Source: Utricularia gibba
Lineage: Eukaryota; Plantae; Magnoliophyta
Length of the DNA stretch: 64,000 nucleotides
Direction: 5' to 3'
Assembly (NCBI GenBank): GCA_002189035.1
Contig: NEEC01000014.1
Location: 806,001-870,000, forward strand
Positions within the stretch are counted from its first letter, which is position 1. Every line of letters starts with the position of its first letter. The notes under the pieces were generated by a model. It had not been told where the DNA came from. It made no database searches and saw nothing but the letters and a program-made list of their open reading frames with translations. The position numbers and the translations under genes were made by a program. Shown piece by piece: positions 60,337 through 64,000 of this stretch.

Positions 60337-63300
60337 TCAAGTAGAGCTGGGCCACAAGGACCTGAGCTTATCCGCCAGTTTTGCGCTCTTGTAGTCCTCT
60401 CTCAGCTGAATGAACCTGGTTTTGATGAAGCAGTGTGTAAGATGTGGGAAAGGTCAGAAAGAAGATGTAAAATTGCAACCTTTCTGAATTCCATTTTAAC
60501 GTTCTGTTTGTTTACCTTTGGGCGTCCTTTCGGATGCTGGGTGTGCCTTCGAAGAGAGTGGACAGACTCTCGGGAGCCAACACAAAGACATTGGTCATTC
60601 TGGACAGGAAGCATCAGAGGAGGCATTAGGCTCTGGATCCCTTTTCTTTGTTACGATTACATAACTGGGAAGACGTTCACTCACATTCCAAGCTGCTCAA
60701 ACTTCTCGTCGACAGGGGGTGCGTTGAAGCTTCGAACAAATTCTCCGTACTCGGTTATATCACGTTTAAGCCGTAAACCTCCACTGCAGATGTCAATCAC
60801 AAAGGGATGGGTGAAGCAATCCGTGTGTAACAAGGATCAAAACAGTAAGGGATTGCAGGGAGTACTTTGTGTTAAAAGTGAATTTCTGGCAATGATTCAC
60901 TAGCCCCTTGTGCAAGCGATTTCCCTGAAGGAGTTCAGAACTATGTTACGATCTCAACGGCCAATAGAACATTATGCATTTTAAGGATGCTTAATCAGAA
61001 TAGTTGAATCAACAGGTAAAAGAAGTCCTAGCGTGCCTCCTAGTTAAGAATTATTCACAGAAGAGTGCAAAGAATACCATAAGCAGATCACTTTTCGAAA
61101 TCAACAGCTTCATAAAAAGAACAAGCTAGTAACATGAACCTAGAATGTACCCTTGTTGCCAAATGAGTAAAATGCGTACTAGTTCAGTGAGGAACGCTTG
61201 TTTGTTAAGGCCTTCCAGGGCAGTGAAAGCTGACTCGAGTACACGGGTTAGATACGCAACAACTCTGCCATAAGAATGATACAGAAACGACTCATATTAG
61301 AATTTCACTACCAGGTGAACGGCATCTTAAATTATTTACCTCGTGCAAGCACTTGTTGGTCTGTGATCTGGAGGATTGCCATCATCCGGTGGTCGATAGT
61401 CTGTTGCTTTTTGCTCAGCTGATAGCAGTCGTTCAACCTTTCATGGTGCAAGATAGAAAAATATATATAGTTAAACAACTAGGACTCCAAAAAATTGGAG
61501 TTAAGAAATTAAGCTATGGTGTGATGTTACATCGATAGGTATATGAAAATTAAAAAAGAATCTGTATCAGAAACCTCGGCCATCACTGTTTCAATGCACT
61601 GCTGAAGGCCCTTGTAAGCAGCACCCTCTGCACTGGACATAGCTGTGGACATTTCTTCACAGGCGGAAGCATGTGCGCCTTCCACGGGAAGTAAAAGTCG
61701 AGACACGGAGTTGGAAAAGTACTGCAAGATTAAAATTTAAGGTGCAATAATTATATCATAGTCCCATCAGCCCAAATAAAATGCAAGAGACGAAAGAGCA
61801 TACTTGTTGAATGATGGCGACACTACTTCCACAACGCTGTACAGCAACCATGAATGACCTGAAGCCACTTTCACCAGCTGCAGCAGCAGCTTCTGCCTAT
61901 AAAAGATAGAGATCTCAGATCCTAAACCTAGAAGCTCTTCTTATGGAAATCTGTTTTCGCTGCAGTTGCCTTCAGTTACACCAGAATAGAACCAAGAACA
62001 ATAGCAATATAGGGAAAGAGAATAATTACAACTGAAGCAGCAGCAGCCGCAACTCTTCGACTAACACTTGTTCCCAGTACAAACCTTTCCCTCATTGCAG
62101 CAGCTTCAGTCAGGCTGTCCCTAGCTCTTTCCAGGCCTTCAGTTATGTATGAACTGACCTGAAATGGTGAAACAGAAAATGAAGAAGAGAATAATACCCC
62201 AGGAAAAAAAATGGGGAATAGAGCTTTGTCTACCTGGCCCAAGAGGCAGGTGAAAACAGCCCGAACATAAGCTGCATGTGCAGCAGGCTACACCAAAATG
62301 TGATGTGAGTTACATGCTAAAAGTTACGAAATTAACATAAAGAACAAGCCAAAATCCCATCATTCAAACGCATGTAAACACTTGTGATATATACCTGTGA
62401 AGAAAACAAAGATGATCTAGTTATAGCTTCTTCATTCCAGCGCACAAACTCAGCGACAACAGTGACAGATATTTGCTGCTGTGAAGATGATATGGAAGCT
62501 CCCTTAGAACGTCCAATAGATCCAGTTGGTTCGGAGGTTTGATAGCTCTCAGCCTGGAGTTCAGCCATCTGCATAACAAGCACAAAATTATAAACCATCC
62601 GCTACAGTCTAAGAGAGGAGGTTGCATTGGAAATCAGCTGTTTCCATCCCACCTTCGATTTATAAAGTTGCCTAAGAGAAGCCTGCTCGCATTCTATGTA
62701 AATATCCTTGTGGGGAAGAAAGAGAGATTCAATCAAGCCTAAAAAGGATAAAAGGACAATTAGAGAAACTCAACAGCCATATTATATATACCAGCCCAAA
62801 TCATGGTCCTGCTCACGCTAGAGATTTTCTGTACCTTCAACGTCCAAGTCACCACAACCGACACTGCGTAAATCTCTAGCAAGGTCCAGAGTCTTTTCGT
62901 ATGCTACTGCCAGCAGTCTAAGATACTAATGATAATAAAAAAGTGTTTCAGCCAATGTTGCATGTATACTCATAAGCTGTTAAAAATAATTGAAGGAACT
63001 CACTAATATAAGTCCTCCATCTTCCATGGGAGGTGGATTAGCCAAAGATGGTTTGATCAATAGTTTGTCAAGAAGTTTAGGGACTCTGTCCACCAAGACA
63101 CGCTACCAAAAAACAAAAAAAAAAATAACCAACTCAAGCTTATTAGTAACCATGATTGAACACATGAGAAATTCAAAAACTCAGAGGTGAAATACACATA
63201 ATTTAAAAAAAATGAACTGAAAATTATCCACCATGTAATAATCTACGAGCAATATAATTTGAAAAATGCGAAGCACCTGAACAAGTATTGACATGACGTC

Positions 63301-64000
63301 ATTTGGAGAAGGAAAGACAGCCGTTATTGCAGCTGCTTCTTTTCTTATGGTGTCTGAACACATGGCAAGAGTTAATGAGATAGCCGTTGAACATGAAATA
63401 CTCATAAGCACTTGGAGACGTTCAGACCTGTTATTTCTTTGTAAACTGAAGAAAGTCCACGTGAAACATTGCTTGGACTGAGTGGACTACCAGGCTCACC
63501 AAGAACTATTTTTGCATCTTCATTCATTACCTCTGGATCAAACATGGGGCGAAGGCCAACATAATGTTGCATTGCACTCGTGCCCCGATTAAACTGAATC
63601 CAAAAAAATGCCATGTGAGAAGGACGAGGGAATCACCTTACACAATGCTTGTACGAAATAGCCAAGATTATAAGACAGAGACAATTCCTAGTTGCTGTAA
63701 TGTAAAATAAATAATGCCTAGCAAAATACCTATGGGCTTAAACTTTCACGTACATGGTTTTAACCTTCTCAAGTGGAGTCATAACAAGATATAAGAAGAG
63801 TGATGTACTTTCAAATCAGATACCACACTGAAAAATTAACCAATGCACCTTTGACAAGATCTTTGCACATTCTGCCATAGTAGATAGCTCGCGCTTTTGT
63901 GATGCTGAATCAAATCTAGACAATAATCTGTTTTCCAGTTCTACAAGTTTGGATAAGAAATCAGCTCTCTTCCTTTAGTATTTACTGCAAAAATTAAAGT
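60337..64000 (-). CDS. SEC10: Exocyst subunit SEC10/EXOC5, 3' portion (5' end lies beyond the window)
   Basis: Exons encode [111 protein letters not shown] and [26 protein letters not shown]. Confidence 0.95.

Overview
Plant nuclear DNA (asterid, probably Lamiales; inferred from the NRC-type NLR and overall protein style). It is very gene-dense: about 23 protein-coding genes in 64 kb, many introns of only 59-100 nt and short AT-rich spacers. That compactness resembles miniature genomes such as Lentibulariaceae, but the species cannot be established from the sequence alone. Gene order: SWO1/G2484-like Agenet gene (5' end only), a 45-aa membrane microprotein, a divergent RPB8, NFD6-like, an NRC-clade helper NLR, EXO70F1, TFIIH p44, malate synthase, a double-domain PTRHD1, two hybrid proline-rich proteins, a CCHC zinc-knuckle protein, UGT92, NAA40, a Nudix hydrolase, ICE1/SCRM, a PPR-DYW, a WD40 protein, VIM/ORTHRUS, ETR1, an RBOHD-type oxidase, a PPR-E and SEC10 (3' part). 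I found no tRNA, rRNA, intact transposon or CRISPR. Most notable observations: (1) an apparent spliced fusion of two PTRHD1 domains with complementary motif loss and conserved GC-AG introns; (2) ETR1 with Thr in place of the receiver phospho-acceptor Asp; (3) ICE1/SCRM with Met at the KRAAM arginine (the scrm-D position) and GTG at the usual start codon; (4) a solitary MADA-type NRC helper NLR tail-to-tail with EXO70F1; (5) three alternative C-termini in the NFD6-like gene. All family assignments come from recalled homolog sequences, not from database searches, and all splice models are predictions.
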